NCBI GenBank assembly: GCA_023213395.1
Contig: CM041465.1
Coordinates: forward strand, 113,839,741 to 113,903,740
Direction: 5' to 3'
Origin: Cycas panzhihuaensis
Taxonomy: Eukaryota; Plantae; Cycadophyta
DNA: 64,000 bases
The position numbers and the translations under genes are program-made. Position 1 is the first letter of the stretch. Every line of letters begins with the position of its first letter. The notes beneath the pieces are model-generated. The model did not search any database, was not told the origin of the DNA, and saw only the letters and a list, made by a program, of their open reading frames with translations. Below, in pieces: positions 13,200 to 25,289 of this stretch.

Positions 13200-13345
13200 G
13201 GGAAGGGCAAACGCAGATGCAAAAGGGAATGTGCAGAATGCAAAAGGGACGTAAATATGTAGTGACGTAGATGCAAAAGGGAAAACTGCAAAACACAAAA
13301 GGGATGCAAATACGTAGTGACGCAGATGCAGAGAACGCGGGTACG
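13200..13345. repeat. Degenerate tandem repeat, ~58-bp unit (acgcagatgcaaaaggg...tagtg), about 2.5 copies
   Basis: Directly visible. Confidence 0.75.
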
Positions 13346-15085
13346 TAGAATGGCTTTGTTTACATGTGGGGATTTGGGGGGAAGACACAAACAGTGGGAG
13401 GAAGACGCCAACTGTGGATGATGCCAACAGAGAAAGACACCAACAGAGGGGAAGGCATAGTACCAAGGTAACGTGCATTATGTGGAAGAGTGGTTTTGAT
13501 AATGCAACTGCTGAAGGCTCTACTAAATCTAATAAAGGACCTCACAAATGAGTTCCAAAGAAAAAGGATTTCTCAGAGATAGAGTATAGTGATGAAGACA
13601 ATGATGATAACAGTGAAGAGGAAGCAAATGATTTGTTGAAGAAGGGGGAAGTTGTTTGGTTCAGCTTTAAATAAAGTGATAATGGTTGCAGGAAAATAAT
13701 CTATGATAACCTTGTGCACAGAGGCTAGTAATGTATTGGATATTAGGAGATCTATCCCACGGCCTAATGAAAATGAATCCTATGAGTTTATTTTAAAAGA
13801 TAAAGGATTTATTTCCCTTTTTGAATTAAACAAGATCTTATGAACTGCTAATGGGATGAATGTATATTGCAATAGAGTTTTATTTCTTTTTGGTTTTGTA
13901 TCTCTATGTGTATGCTAGTTTATGCCAAATGTAGGAAGAAATATAGGATGGAATATTTCAAAAAAATATATATTTGTAAAAAAAGTATGAAAGAATGTTG
14001 GTTTTTTCAGTTAAAAAATGAATATATTTGTACACAGAACATGAAAAAATATTGAGCCTTTTTTGTTGATTCAAAGAAGCACAAATGAAACCATAAAATT
14101 TCAAATATTTTGATAGAAATAAGTCAAGCAGATGGAATGCATGTATATGTATCTGTAATCTTTTCAAAAGAAAAATATCAAAAATAGATAATATGTTATA
14201 GATATATGAAAAAATATATATATTTAAATCTGAAAAGGAAACTGAAGAACCTGGAAAAAGGTTGTAGCTGATTTGTAGCAGAAAAAGTAGGCTTGAAAAG
14301 CTTCCAATAGACAAATCTTCTTCCTCACAAGTTGAATATAAACAGATCTACTGTAACAAATGATTTGGTGAGCAGGATATGCACCCAAAAGCTATAGGTC
14401 TATAAAAAACTTGAAAATATAGTAAAAAATATAATGAAAAATATAGATCTGGAATGAAATACAATAGATCTGAACTAAATGTAGCAGAAAATACTAAAAA
14501 ACTTGATAAAATAAATAGACCTTAATCTGATTAATGCAGATCTGACATGAGTATAGTAGATCTATAGCTAAATATTGCAGATCTAAATGAATATACCAAA
14601 AAATAGTGAAAAACTTACTGAAATAAGCAGATCTATAATAAAAAATAACAGATCTGAGAGAATATTAAATATTTAAACAAAATAACTGTCAGATATTTAT
14701 TAAAGTGAGTAGATCTATAGACTATGTAGCAGATCTGAAGTGAAATGTAGTAGATCTTGAAGAAAAAACTTGTATGAGTCTTGCTTGCAGTTGAAAACCT
14801 TCATAAATCTGCACAAATCTATGAAAAATCTAAAACATATCTGTTAAACCAGAAATATAGTTCAATAATAATCAAAATCTACTGAAATAATATATAAAAC
14901 TTGCTGAAAATTTTTAAGAAAATAAATATAGCTAATATTTCTTGCTTGTAAGAAAATCTGCCATAGAATTCTAGTAAATCCTATTTCTCTTCTTCAAAAA
15001 ACTTTACCAATGGAGATGCAGTAGCCCAAAATCTCACTTTTTTGAAAAACTTCATAGATTAGTAATCGCATGCTATGATACCAAA

Positions 15086-15503
15086 TGTAGGAAATATATA
15101 CTTGTAGGAGAACATGGCAGAACATATATCAGATAACCATAAACCAATATTGTATTAATACATCAATGTATCACAATCACAATAGCATAAACGATGAAAG
15201 TATTATTGTTCAATCCATTGTAGCAGAAATGAGCATTACAAATTTCTCAAATATTGGAGGTAGTGTCTAAAGACACTAGGGTTGCACACCCCTTAATATT
15301 TATAGTCTGGGGGAGGAGGGAAGCTCCTCAACCCCTAAATTCAAAAGAATAATAAAATAATATTCACTTAACTCAAATGAAACTAACTCAACTTAACTTG
15401 ACTTACCTTAACATATTGAGGATCACATGTCTAAATTGAAGATGGTGAGATGTATAATCCTGGTTGGAAGGTGGGAGTGGAGTGATGATAATTAACTCCA
15501 ACA
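15086..15503 (-). repeat. 5' LTR of element A
   Basis: Adjacent to PBS; TSD follows. Confidence 0.93.
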
Positions 15504-16439
15504 AGCCCCACCCTAAGGAATAATAAATCTAGAAGTTGAAACTTTAAGAAAAAAAGTAGAATTACTGAAACAACATTCCTCGATGGTACTTGTTAAAGTA
15601 AATCAACAAAATAAAGAAATTAAAAAATTAAGGGCAGAGATATCCAGATTGAAAGTAGGGAAACCTCAGGGAAATATTTGGTGACCCCCCTCCTTGTGGA
15701 CAGCCAGGACACTTCAAAAATAAACATTAGCAGATGGAGAGATGATGGTGTGACATCTACAAAAGAGGAAATCATTACATATAGGAATGCTTTTATAAAA
15801 CCCTAGTAAGAGAATCTTTCTATAAAAGAAAAGAAAATGCTTCCTTTAAACAATATAAAGGAAAGACAAAACCATTCTATTATCATTTATGTTCTAGATG
15901 GGGGCATTTCTGGATAGACTGCCCATTACAAAATCAAGAAGGAGATTATATCTGCGAGGAATACGGCTTAGCAGATCACGAATAGGCAAACTGCGTAAAC
16001 AATACTAGTTTAAAAATATAGACTTCTAACTTGGCAACAAAGGTTCCAAACAAGGAACAACCTATCCATATTCAAATGAGAAGTGGAAATGTTATTTGTA
16101 CACTAGCCACAAAAAAATTTCCTGATCCAATAGCAGAAAGAAGAAGACTATGAGAAGTTGTCCAAGCTATATAGAAGGCAACAAAAACTATGTAACAGGA
16201 TGAAGAAGAACAAGCAAATAGATTCAAAGGCCAAGTCTACTAGAGGTGAACAAGGATGTGTGAAGAACAATTGGGGAAAAATCTATGGTAGAAAATGTAA
16301 GAAATGAAGGAAGTATTAATTGAAATAGGAATTTCCATTCCTATTATTATAATCTTCAGATGGTGGGAAGCCGATTACTTTCAATAAGTGATTTCGGATC
16401 AAATTGAAAAGATTGTATTGTGGGCCCTAAAGATAGATG

Positions 16440-19400
16440 CAACTGATCCAAGAGTTCCTATGACTCTTTTTGGAAAAATAATTTTCAAAACTATTGTAGA
16501 CAGTGGGTTAGGAGTAAATGTAGTCCTAGAGACCACATGGATTTCATTGGGATGGCTAGAAATGGTTTCCTTAGACTGTGTGATTAGATGGGAAAATCAA
16601 TTGTAAGTTTGACCAATGGGATCTCTATTGAATATCCTAGTTACAGTGGTAGGAATCATAGTATGTTTAGATTTTGTAGTTGTGAGAATGCAAAATCATA
16701 ACAAAACATATCCTACACTTTTGGGAAGACCATGGCTGCTTGCAATAGAAGCATTATAAGATTGGGGAAAATTGACTTTCACCCTGTACTCTACAGGAAA
16801 GAAAGTAATATTACCCCTTTGTTTGAATGGACCTCATATAGAAAAAGTAGAAGATGTAGATACAACGTCCACAACCACTGCTTCAATAGCCACTATAGTT
16901 AGCCCTTGTTTGGAAACAACATTTCAAGTCTTAAAGACCCCTCCTCAACTTCTAAGTGAGGCTTCATCAACCTATCTGCTGGACTAGTTACAATCCATAT
17001 GGAAATAAGAGGGAGATGGATCCTTAAATTGTTATCTCAGGGAGCTATATCTAGATAAATAGTAGGAGCAGAGTAAAGAAGGTAACCTTATAATTCATGA
17101 GAAAAGAGAAAGCCTTGTAAAAAATCCTTCTTTAAATAAAACTTAGAATGATTGAGTGTATTCCCTATCTAAAAATTTATCAGTAGAAGAATGTTTGGCT
17201 ATAATTTCTAAATAGAAAAAATGTATCTTTCTATGAAAAGAAGTACTATTATCAAATGAATCAAGAGGAATAAGGAATTTTCTACAAACATATTCTATTA
17301 CAGAATATGGACAAAAGGAGATCTTTCAGATGCTAGCCTATGGGCTAGATCTAGATGGGAAAACCATTTAAAAAAGAAAGCTCCAACTAAAAGTAATCAA
17401 TGTTGAGACAAAGGAAAATCCTAAATGGATATAAGTAGGAGATTATTGGGAACCCGAAATGGTGTAGAAAATGACATCACATTTTTGTGAGTACAAGGAT
17501 GTGTTCACATGGTCCTATAAGGATCTAAAGGGAATCCCTCCAAAAGTGGGTAACAATAAGATTGACTTGATAGAAAATGCAAAACCAATAAGGCAAAAAC
17601 CTTACAAGATGAACCTATGATATAAAGAACAAGTCAAAGTTGAGTTAGACAAATTGCTAGAAGCTGGGTATATTTTTGAAGTAGAAAATAGTGAATGGGT
17701 AAGCCCAGTGGTGATAGTTCCAAAAAAGAATGGAAAACTTCGTGTATGTGTTGATTATAGGGCTTTAAATAAATCCATAAAGAAGGATCCATTCCCAATA
17801 CCCTTCATGAAAGATATACTAGAAAAAGTAGTAGGGCATGAGATATTCTCATTCAAAGATGGGTTTAGCAATTATAATTAGGTCTGGATAACAACTGAAG
17901 ACTAGTTGAAGACAACATTTATCACAGAATAGGGCTCTTATGCCTACAGGGTTATGCCATTTGGGCTAAAAAATGCTCCAACAACCTTCCAAAGAATAAT
18001 CTTAAATATCTTTTAGAAGTTGATAGGAAAAATAATTGAAGTATTTTTGGATGATTGGACTATGTATAATCCTTTACAGGATCATCTCCTCCAATTGAGA
18101 TTAATGTTAGAATTGTGCAGGGAAAATAAATTGTACTTAAACCCTAATAAATCTACCTTTATGGTACCATTTAGATCCCTATTAGGACACATTGTCTCAA
18201 AAGAAAGACTAATGACTGATCCAGTGAAGGTTAAAGTGATCTTGAAATTTCTTGTTCCTCAAAACCTAAAAAAATCTTAAGGGATTTTTGGGAATGACTG
18301 GATATTACTAGAAGTTCATAAGAGGATATGCATAAATTTTTTATCCTTTGGAGTCCTTATTAAAAAAAGCAAAAAAATAGGAATGGACAATGCGGCAACA
18401 ACTATCTTTTGATACTTTGAAGAAAAAGGTAGTAGGAGCCCCTATGCTTAAATTTCTAGACTGGAACAAACCATTTGATGTGCATGTAGATGCCTCATTA
18501 TACACCATTGGATGCATATTGGCTCAACCAACTGATGAGAAAATAGATCTTCCTATTGATTTCACAAGTCAAAAATTAACACCTATTGAGTGTAACTATA
18601 CAATTACAAAGTGAGAGGGGTTAGGCATGATGTATGCCTTGCAAAAATTCTAACACTATCTATTGGCCAATCCATTTATATTTTTTGTTGATCACCAAGC
18701 TTTGTAGTATTTAATTAATAAACTAATTTTGCAAGGAAGGATTAGCCACTGGATAATGCTTTTCCAAGAGTTCATATTTAAAATTATAGTGAAGAAAGAT
18801 GATAAGCATGTGATACTTGATTAATTATCTAGAATAAAAGAAGGAGAACTAAGTGACAGGGTATTCAATGATTTCCTAGATCATAAGTTATTTTCTATTA
18901 AAGTTGTTCCATCATGGTATGAAGGAATTGTAGAATATTTATCTAGAGGGAAAACACCTAAGGGGTTGGAAAAGGCTGAAAGGAAGAGTTTCATCAAGAA
19001 AGATTTTCCTTTCTAATTAATAGGTAGTATGCTATACAAAATAGGGCTAGATGAAGTTCTACGAAAGTTTATACTTCAACATCAAGTATAACCAATATTA
19101 AAAGAAGCACATGAAGGAATAACCTCATCTCATCATGGAGGAGAAGCCATAACATAGAAGATATTGATAGATGGACTATGGTAGCTGACATTATTTGAGG
19201 ATGCCAAGAAATGGGTGAAATCTTGTGGCATCTATCAATAGACCAGTAAGCCTTCTAAACAAAATTATCTGCCCTTTCATCCTATCCTGGGCCAAGATCC
19301 ATTTGAGAAATAGGGACTAGATTTTGTGGGACCAAGAAACCCCCTAACAAGAAGGACAAATGCATGATATATATTGATAACTACAAATTGTTTGACCAAA

Positions 19401-20165
19401 TGGATAGAAGCCAAACCTATGAAGAAGTGTGATGCAAGAAGCACAGTTCACTTTTTGTATAAATTCATTATAGTGAGATTTAACTATCCTTTGGAAATTG
19501 TATCAGATCAAGTAGAAAGATTTTTAAATCAAACAATAAAATACTTGACCTTAGAATTCTTGATACAACATGGCAAATCTTTAGCCTATTATCCCAAAGC
19601 AAATGACCAAGTAGAAAGTATAAATAACATTATAAAGATAGCTTTAATGAAAATTTGTAATGTATAAAGAAAAGATTAGGAAAAAAATTTGAATTTGGTT
19701 CTATGGGTAGATAGAATAATGAGAAAAAGATCACATAAGCATACCGCATTTCAGTTCGCTTATGGATTATAAGTTGTGGTTCCTTTAGAATTCCAAGTAG
19801 AAAGTCTAAGGGTGGCTCAACATCTCATACCATAACCTAAAATTTCTCATGATCAGAAGTTAATATAACTGATGAAACTGGATAAGACTTGAGCATGAGC
19901 TTTATGGGAGTTATAAATTAAAAAGAAAAGGCAAAAAGCTTAGCAAAACCACCACCTTAAAAAACCTAAGTACAAGGTAAATGATCTAGTATTATTGTAT
20001 GATAGTAAGTTTAAAGTTAAGCCTGGTAAAATGAAAGTAAGGTGGTTAGGGACTTATAGAATTAATCACATTTATGAAAATAGAGCTGTTAAATTATAGA
20101 AGTTAGATAACTAGCCATTAACCAAATTAATCAATGGCAGCAGAATAAAATTATATAAAACATGA
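16440..20165 (+). pseudogene. Athila-like pol: protease, RT, RNase H, integrase (many in-frame stops)
   Basis: IVDSGLGVNV and LLGRPWL; SEWVSPVVIVPKKNGKLRVCVDYRALN; MPFGLKNAP; VFLDDW; HVDASLYTIG; GLDFVGP; YYPKANDQVE. Confidence 0.93.
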
Positions 20166-20782
20166 AAAAATAAATAAATAAATAAGCACAAATAAACTAA
20201 GGGGCAAGATCTCCTTAAGAAAAGATGTTAAGGATCTGACAATTCTAAAGGAACATAAGCAATGATAACTACCAATTGGTGTGACATGATGAAAAGATAT
20301 GGGCTCAGACAAGGGAGTGAGATGACATCGATATGATAACTAATAATAACCACCCAATTGCTACAACGATGTATGTTACAAGAACGTGGGTGTGGATGAG
20401 ATGATATCGACCGTGAACCAAGATTCATCATGATGAAGATAAGCAAACATGGCATGGCTCATCAGCAGAAGATAGTGCCATGATAGCATGATATGGTAGT
20501 ACCCAAAGAAATGGTAAATAGTCACATTAATAATTGGCTTTTCAAAGGAGATATGATGATAGTTAAATCAACGTAGTAATTAAAAGAATGAAAGGTTACA
20601 CCAGAACAATAATAAAGGTGGCAAGGATGAATTGTGGTAGCATTAATACATAGTTACAATTGAAGATCACTATGCAAAATAGTTAAGAATTTGCAGTATA
20701 GTTGAGGACTTATGGGAATACACAGTTGTAACTAAGGAAGTGTAGTAGTACACAATTGCAACTTGAAAATTATGGGAGTAAC

Positions 20783-22540
20783 ATGAGTTATAATAGAGAT
20801 GATGTAATGGCAAAAATGATATTTTTTAGGGAGAATAATGACCTGTGTATCCACACCGAGTGGTAGGTGATGAATGGAGCAGATAAAAGGAAAAAACTTC
20901 TGACAAAAGTAGGGCTACATAAATTTATAATGGTAGGTACTTTTCCAGGTTCGAGTAAGTTTTTGAATGTGGTTATACTATTATTAGTAGAACATCTAGA
21001 CATTTTATAGATTTCTAAAACATCTATAGCAGCACTGATAGGGTTGCCAAATGGAGTAGAATTCATAAGATGAGATACTCAAATATCTTGTGAAGAAGCG
21101 ACAAGGCTAATTAGAGCAAATAGTAAAGATGCCTTTACTTCAGGCATCCAAATTTCAGGAATTTAGTCTCCTAAGAAGAGATTTCTAGCCCATTTCATTT
21201 TCACCTGAATAGTTTTATATCAAAAGAATTTATCTGTACCTATAAATTTAAGAACAATGATCAACAAGGTGGCTCAAGGGAAACCCCTAAACTGGGCAAA
21301 TTTTGTTACAGGGAGAATAATGCAGAATTTACAAATGGTCCAAGAATCTATTAAAACTGACACCTTTTACTATGTAACAATTTTGTAGGGACTACTTATT
21401 TCTCAATGTCCAAATATTATAATGCCTACACAAAAGGACTAACAAGCCCCTTTAGCCTATTGGACAAACAATAGTATCATGGTAGAAAAATAGGGAGAAA
21501 TACAGAATAAAGTCTAGGAATAGGTGCAGAGACAATACACCATGAGAATAGTAACAATTGAGATTAAAAGTCAGGCTAAAAATCAGGGGGAGAAAGATAA
21601 AAGGATAAAAACTAAACTACTAGAAGGGCAGGTAGAAGGAGTTAAAAATGAGGAAGAATTACCAATAGTTAAGGCAAAGGAAGAGGTGGAGAAAAAGGAT
21701 AAGAAGGAAGAAATAGAGTCAAAGGGAAATAGGAAATAAATCATGTAAGAAAAAAAAGAAATAGAAAGTGAATTTCAGAGACAAAAGAGGATAACATTGG
21801 CCTAGGAAAAGAAGAAGAAAGAAATCATAGAAAAAATAGAGAATCAACCACTAGAAATTGAATATAATATCCATAAAGGGATATTGGAGAAGGGATTAGA
21901 TCCCATGAAATGTGATCCTCAAGAAGTATCCAATTAGAGAACATCTTTCTTGGCCAAGGTAACTAGACAACTAGTTATGGAGTTAGAAAACATAGCCAAA
22001 CCACCAGAAGAATCATTAAAAATAGTTCATCAGGTGACAGAGGAAAAATTAGAATCTTTAAAAAAGTTTATAATGGAATAGGTCAATGATGTAGATGCAG
22101 TAGGTCCTCGGTTACGACAATTTAAAGAGAAATTTAATCAATTCATTCCAAGAGATATGCAGTTAGTATATCACAGGTTAGGAGCATGGATTCTAAAATC
22201 ATATGAGGAATTAGAGCACTGTGGAAGGAATGAAATGCATATCAACAAGAAATGGAACTTGTGCAAAGGGTTAATACTAAATTCAATTAGGAAATTAAGC
22301 AATTTCATTCAAGAGAAATACCTATACTGTCACTACTGGATACAATGCAGGACTTAGTTTTATTATGTGAATAGGTGAAATAAAATAGGTTAAGACTACC
22401 CCCCTAAATTGTAAGGCCATATATAAAATACATACAAAGAGAAAAAGCAAAAATTATAGAAAATTAGATGAAGAAATAAAAGTAGAAGTTTTGAAATTTT
22501 GGAACGAGTATGTTACTCATTCAAAGTGGCTACGCGGGAG
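20783..22540 (+). pseudogene. Additional post-pol ORF (env-position ORF) of the Athila-like element, decayed
   Basis: ATGs at 20783 and 20807 and ORFs 21524 and 22157 are in one frame; about 540 codons to ~22400 broken only by stops; has a Lys/Glu-rich central segment. Confidence 0.7.
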
Positions 22541-22541
22541 A

Positions 22542-23125
22542 TGTGTGTAGCCAAAATATTACCCGTTTTGAGTAGATGAAGGGACAACCAACATTGACTA
22601 TAGGTACAACTAGTGCTAACTATAGGTATAATAGCAAGTGCAACTAGGTACAACCAAAGACTAATCGTGGGTACAATCAGTATCTAACACCGATCGCAAG
22701 TGCAGCCAGTTTAGACAATAAGTACAACTAGGTGCAACTAAGTGCAACCAACATTGACAAGAGCACAACTAAGTGTAACCTAGGTAGGGACAATATGATT
22801 AGGGCAGCAACTAAATAACTTGGACAGTATTAGTTAGGATTCTAAACTGTAAAGTAGTTACGTAACTATGTAACTATGTAAAGAATATAAAGGATAGAAT
22901 GAGGATAAGTCAAGGGTATGTAGAGATATCATCAACTCTATTGTATATTCTTGTGGGATGTTTTGACTATTATTATACTTACTCATGCTTACATCTGGTT
23001 GTGAGAGGACCAAACATGACACCCTTTTGTTTAATGAAATTGGTTATTTGTGCTCCAATCTTGTGCCTTTCTTATGATTATATTTCTCTAAGTATGGTTA
23101 ATTGGTAACAACATAGGTGCACACA
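22542..23125 (+). repeat. 3' LTR of Athila-like element (584 bp)
   Basis: Matches 7246-7719; TSD follows. Confidence 0.92.
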
Positions 23126-24827
23126 ATCATTGCAAATTATTATTATAAAGGTGTGGTTTATTTATTATAAAGTAGTGTTATTATTTAATTATATCAATAT
23201 TTTTACATCAAATGTGTAAGGTGAAAGAGTTTAGAATTATTATTTATTAGCATGTTTTATATAAGCAGTTATCAATTCATGGTGGACCATTATACTTTGG
23301 GTGGTTAAATACATGGTAGCATGAGGGTATATTTCCTATTGGATGTTGGTTCAATGTCTATGCATATCTAAATAAGAATCATATAGATTCAATACTGTGT
23401 TTGTTATGAAATTAAAGTGTGAACAGAAAAGTATATGATGAGATGCCTTAAAATTAGTTTTACATTCATCATGGTATAAATGACAGTTTATTATTTTGTG
23501 TACCCTAGTAAGGTTGTGTTATAAGTGAAGATATGTACCATGATGGTAATGTAAAGGTGTTGATATATGGTAAGAATTTACCTCCTATGTTTTTGGGCAG
23601 AAGTAATTGAGACAGTAATTTAATCAATACCCTTCTTAGGTTGTTCATTATGTAATCCCAAGAATTATATGTTGGACTAGTAAAAAACCTTCCAATGGAT
23701 ATTAAGTTGTATTGTAGTGTATACATCTTAGCTAAAGATCATAATAGTAGGATCAAAAGAGTTTAAAGTGTATTTGTATGGGGTTTAAAACAAAGCTTAA
23801 ACTATGTTATCTACAGTAATAATAATAATGCGATTAGTCTAGATATAAATTTAAAGAGTTAATAATGTATCATACTAGAGTTTCATCTAAATATAGGTTT
23901 TATCCTTCATTACTTCCTTTCTTAAGTCATGGTTTAGCAGGTATAGATGTTTGTATACCTAATATTATGTTTAAGATATAAGTAGGACCTAATGGGACTA
24001 ATGATAAGGAGCCATTGCAAGAAAAAGCATGAATTGTAACCTCCTATTCCATTATAGGCCAGGTGGACCATTGAAGACTCTAGTATAACATTTGAAGACC
24101 TAGATGATGATTAAATATCAAGGATCAACATGTCAATCAAAACTTATGATAGACACTAACGATTCTAGTAAGAGGAGATTTACAATAGAGAGATACATTA
24201 GAGGAGGAGTGATATGTAGGATTTGTATCCCTTCACTCCCTTAAAGAACCTAGGCAATTTTGCATGTTGGTAAAGCTCATTACGTAAGATTTTAAATAGA
24301 AAGATGGAATCTATTATGAGGAGACATTTACATCAGTCTCTATGTTGTTTATGTTCTAATTGATCCTTACTTTGGCAACTACATATAGTTGGGAATCACA
24401 TCAAATGAATGAGAGGTTAACATTCCTTAACATAGACTTGAAGAGAAGTTCTACATGACTCAAGTGGCTCAACCTCTTGGTCTAGTCAAGGAAAATGGAT
24501 GACTATCATGGATTGAGTATTAGTGCAAGAGGAGCTATATGATTATAAGCACTATTAGAGACATTTCTAAAGAATCACATACATATGAGTCAGAACACTA
24601 TTATATCCAAGAGTAAATCATATCAAGGAATATGTAGGTAGATTTTCTCTAAGTGAAGATCAACTTAAGGACATATTCATCAAGCTCTTACTAAAGATTA
24701 CTTTATTAATGTTCATGTAAATTGGGAGCTAGCAAGGTTATCCTTGATGGGGAATCTATCAACAAGGATAAAGAGATAGGCAAATCCTTGTGAACATTCT
24801 AAACCCCATATTTACATTAAGAGGGGA

Positions 24828-25289
24828 TGTTAGAGTGATATTGTATCACTTATCAACTAATATAAAAGTGATGAATATATTATGTAAATATATTGATGTA
24901 ATATTATGACATTATGGGCTAATAGATATAAACTCAATTATTATTCACCATTAATATAAAAGTGGTGAATATATTGATGTAATATTGTGATATTATAGGC
25001 TGATGAATATAAACTTAATTATTATTATTTGAGGCACTTATGATCTATACATATAGATCAAAGTCCGTTGTAATATTATAATGCCAATTTATAAAATATA
25101 ATAATATATTTAGTGGTGGATTTTTCCCAATAGGATTCCCATGCCAAATCTCTTTATCTGTTATGCTTGTTCAATTTGAGTCTTTTATGTATATAAATGA
25201 TTTAGGCATCCTATCTAGTTATTTAGTGGAGTCTTTTATGTACATAAATGATTTTGGTATCATGTCAGTTTATTTGGTGTTTTCTAACA
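24828..25289 (+). repeat. 3' LTR of outer Copia (462 bp, two extra internal tandem units)
   Basis: Preceded by PPT; similar to 5379-5708. Confidence 0.88.

Larger units (their letters stand above)
8979..15503 (-). mobile_element. Non-autonomous Copia-derived gag-only (TR-GAG-like) LTR element A carrying captured host-gene fragments
   Basis: 418-bp LTRs 8979-9396 and 15086-15503; perfect TSD agccc; minus-strand PBS (gctatgatacca, 15072-15083); minus-strand PPT (ttctccccctt, 9397-9407); no pol. Confidence 0.93.
7246..23125 (+). mobile_element. Full-length degenerate Ty3/Gypsy non-chromovirus (Athila-like) with an extra 3' ORF
   Basis: LTRs 7246-7719 and 22542-23125; perfect TSD atcat (7241-7245, 23126-23130); PBS tttggttctattgctagg resembling the decayed Athila-type tggcgccgttgccggg; order gag-PR-RT-RH-INT with no extra RNase H and no chromodomain. 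Confidence 0.92.
5379..25289 (+). mobile_element. Internally deleted Ty1/Copia LTR retrotransposon (outermost element of nest 1)
   Basis: LTRs 5379-5708 and 24828-25289 (TG..CA); PBS tggtatcatagt at 5709; PPT aagagggga at 24819; TSD aagca/aaaca (4/5); RNase H remnant EDQLKDIFIKLL near 24655. Confidence 0.85.

Noticed and set aside
13200-13345. CRISPR-like array (also 27237-27660 and the LTR motif arrays)
   Set aside because: Degenerate tandem repeats without unique spacers, eukaryotic context, no cas genes
11640-13940. Cassette as a nested Pack-MULE, CACTA or Helitron
   Set aside because: No TIRs or TSD seen; CTAG-T sites near 13725 and 13915 lack a properly spaced GC-rich hairpin. Not fully excluded
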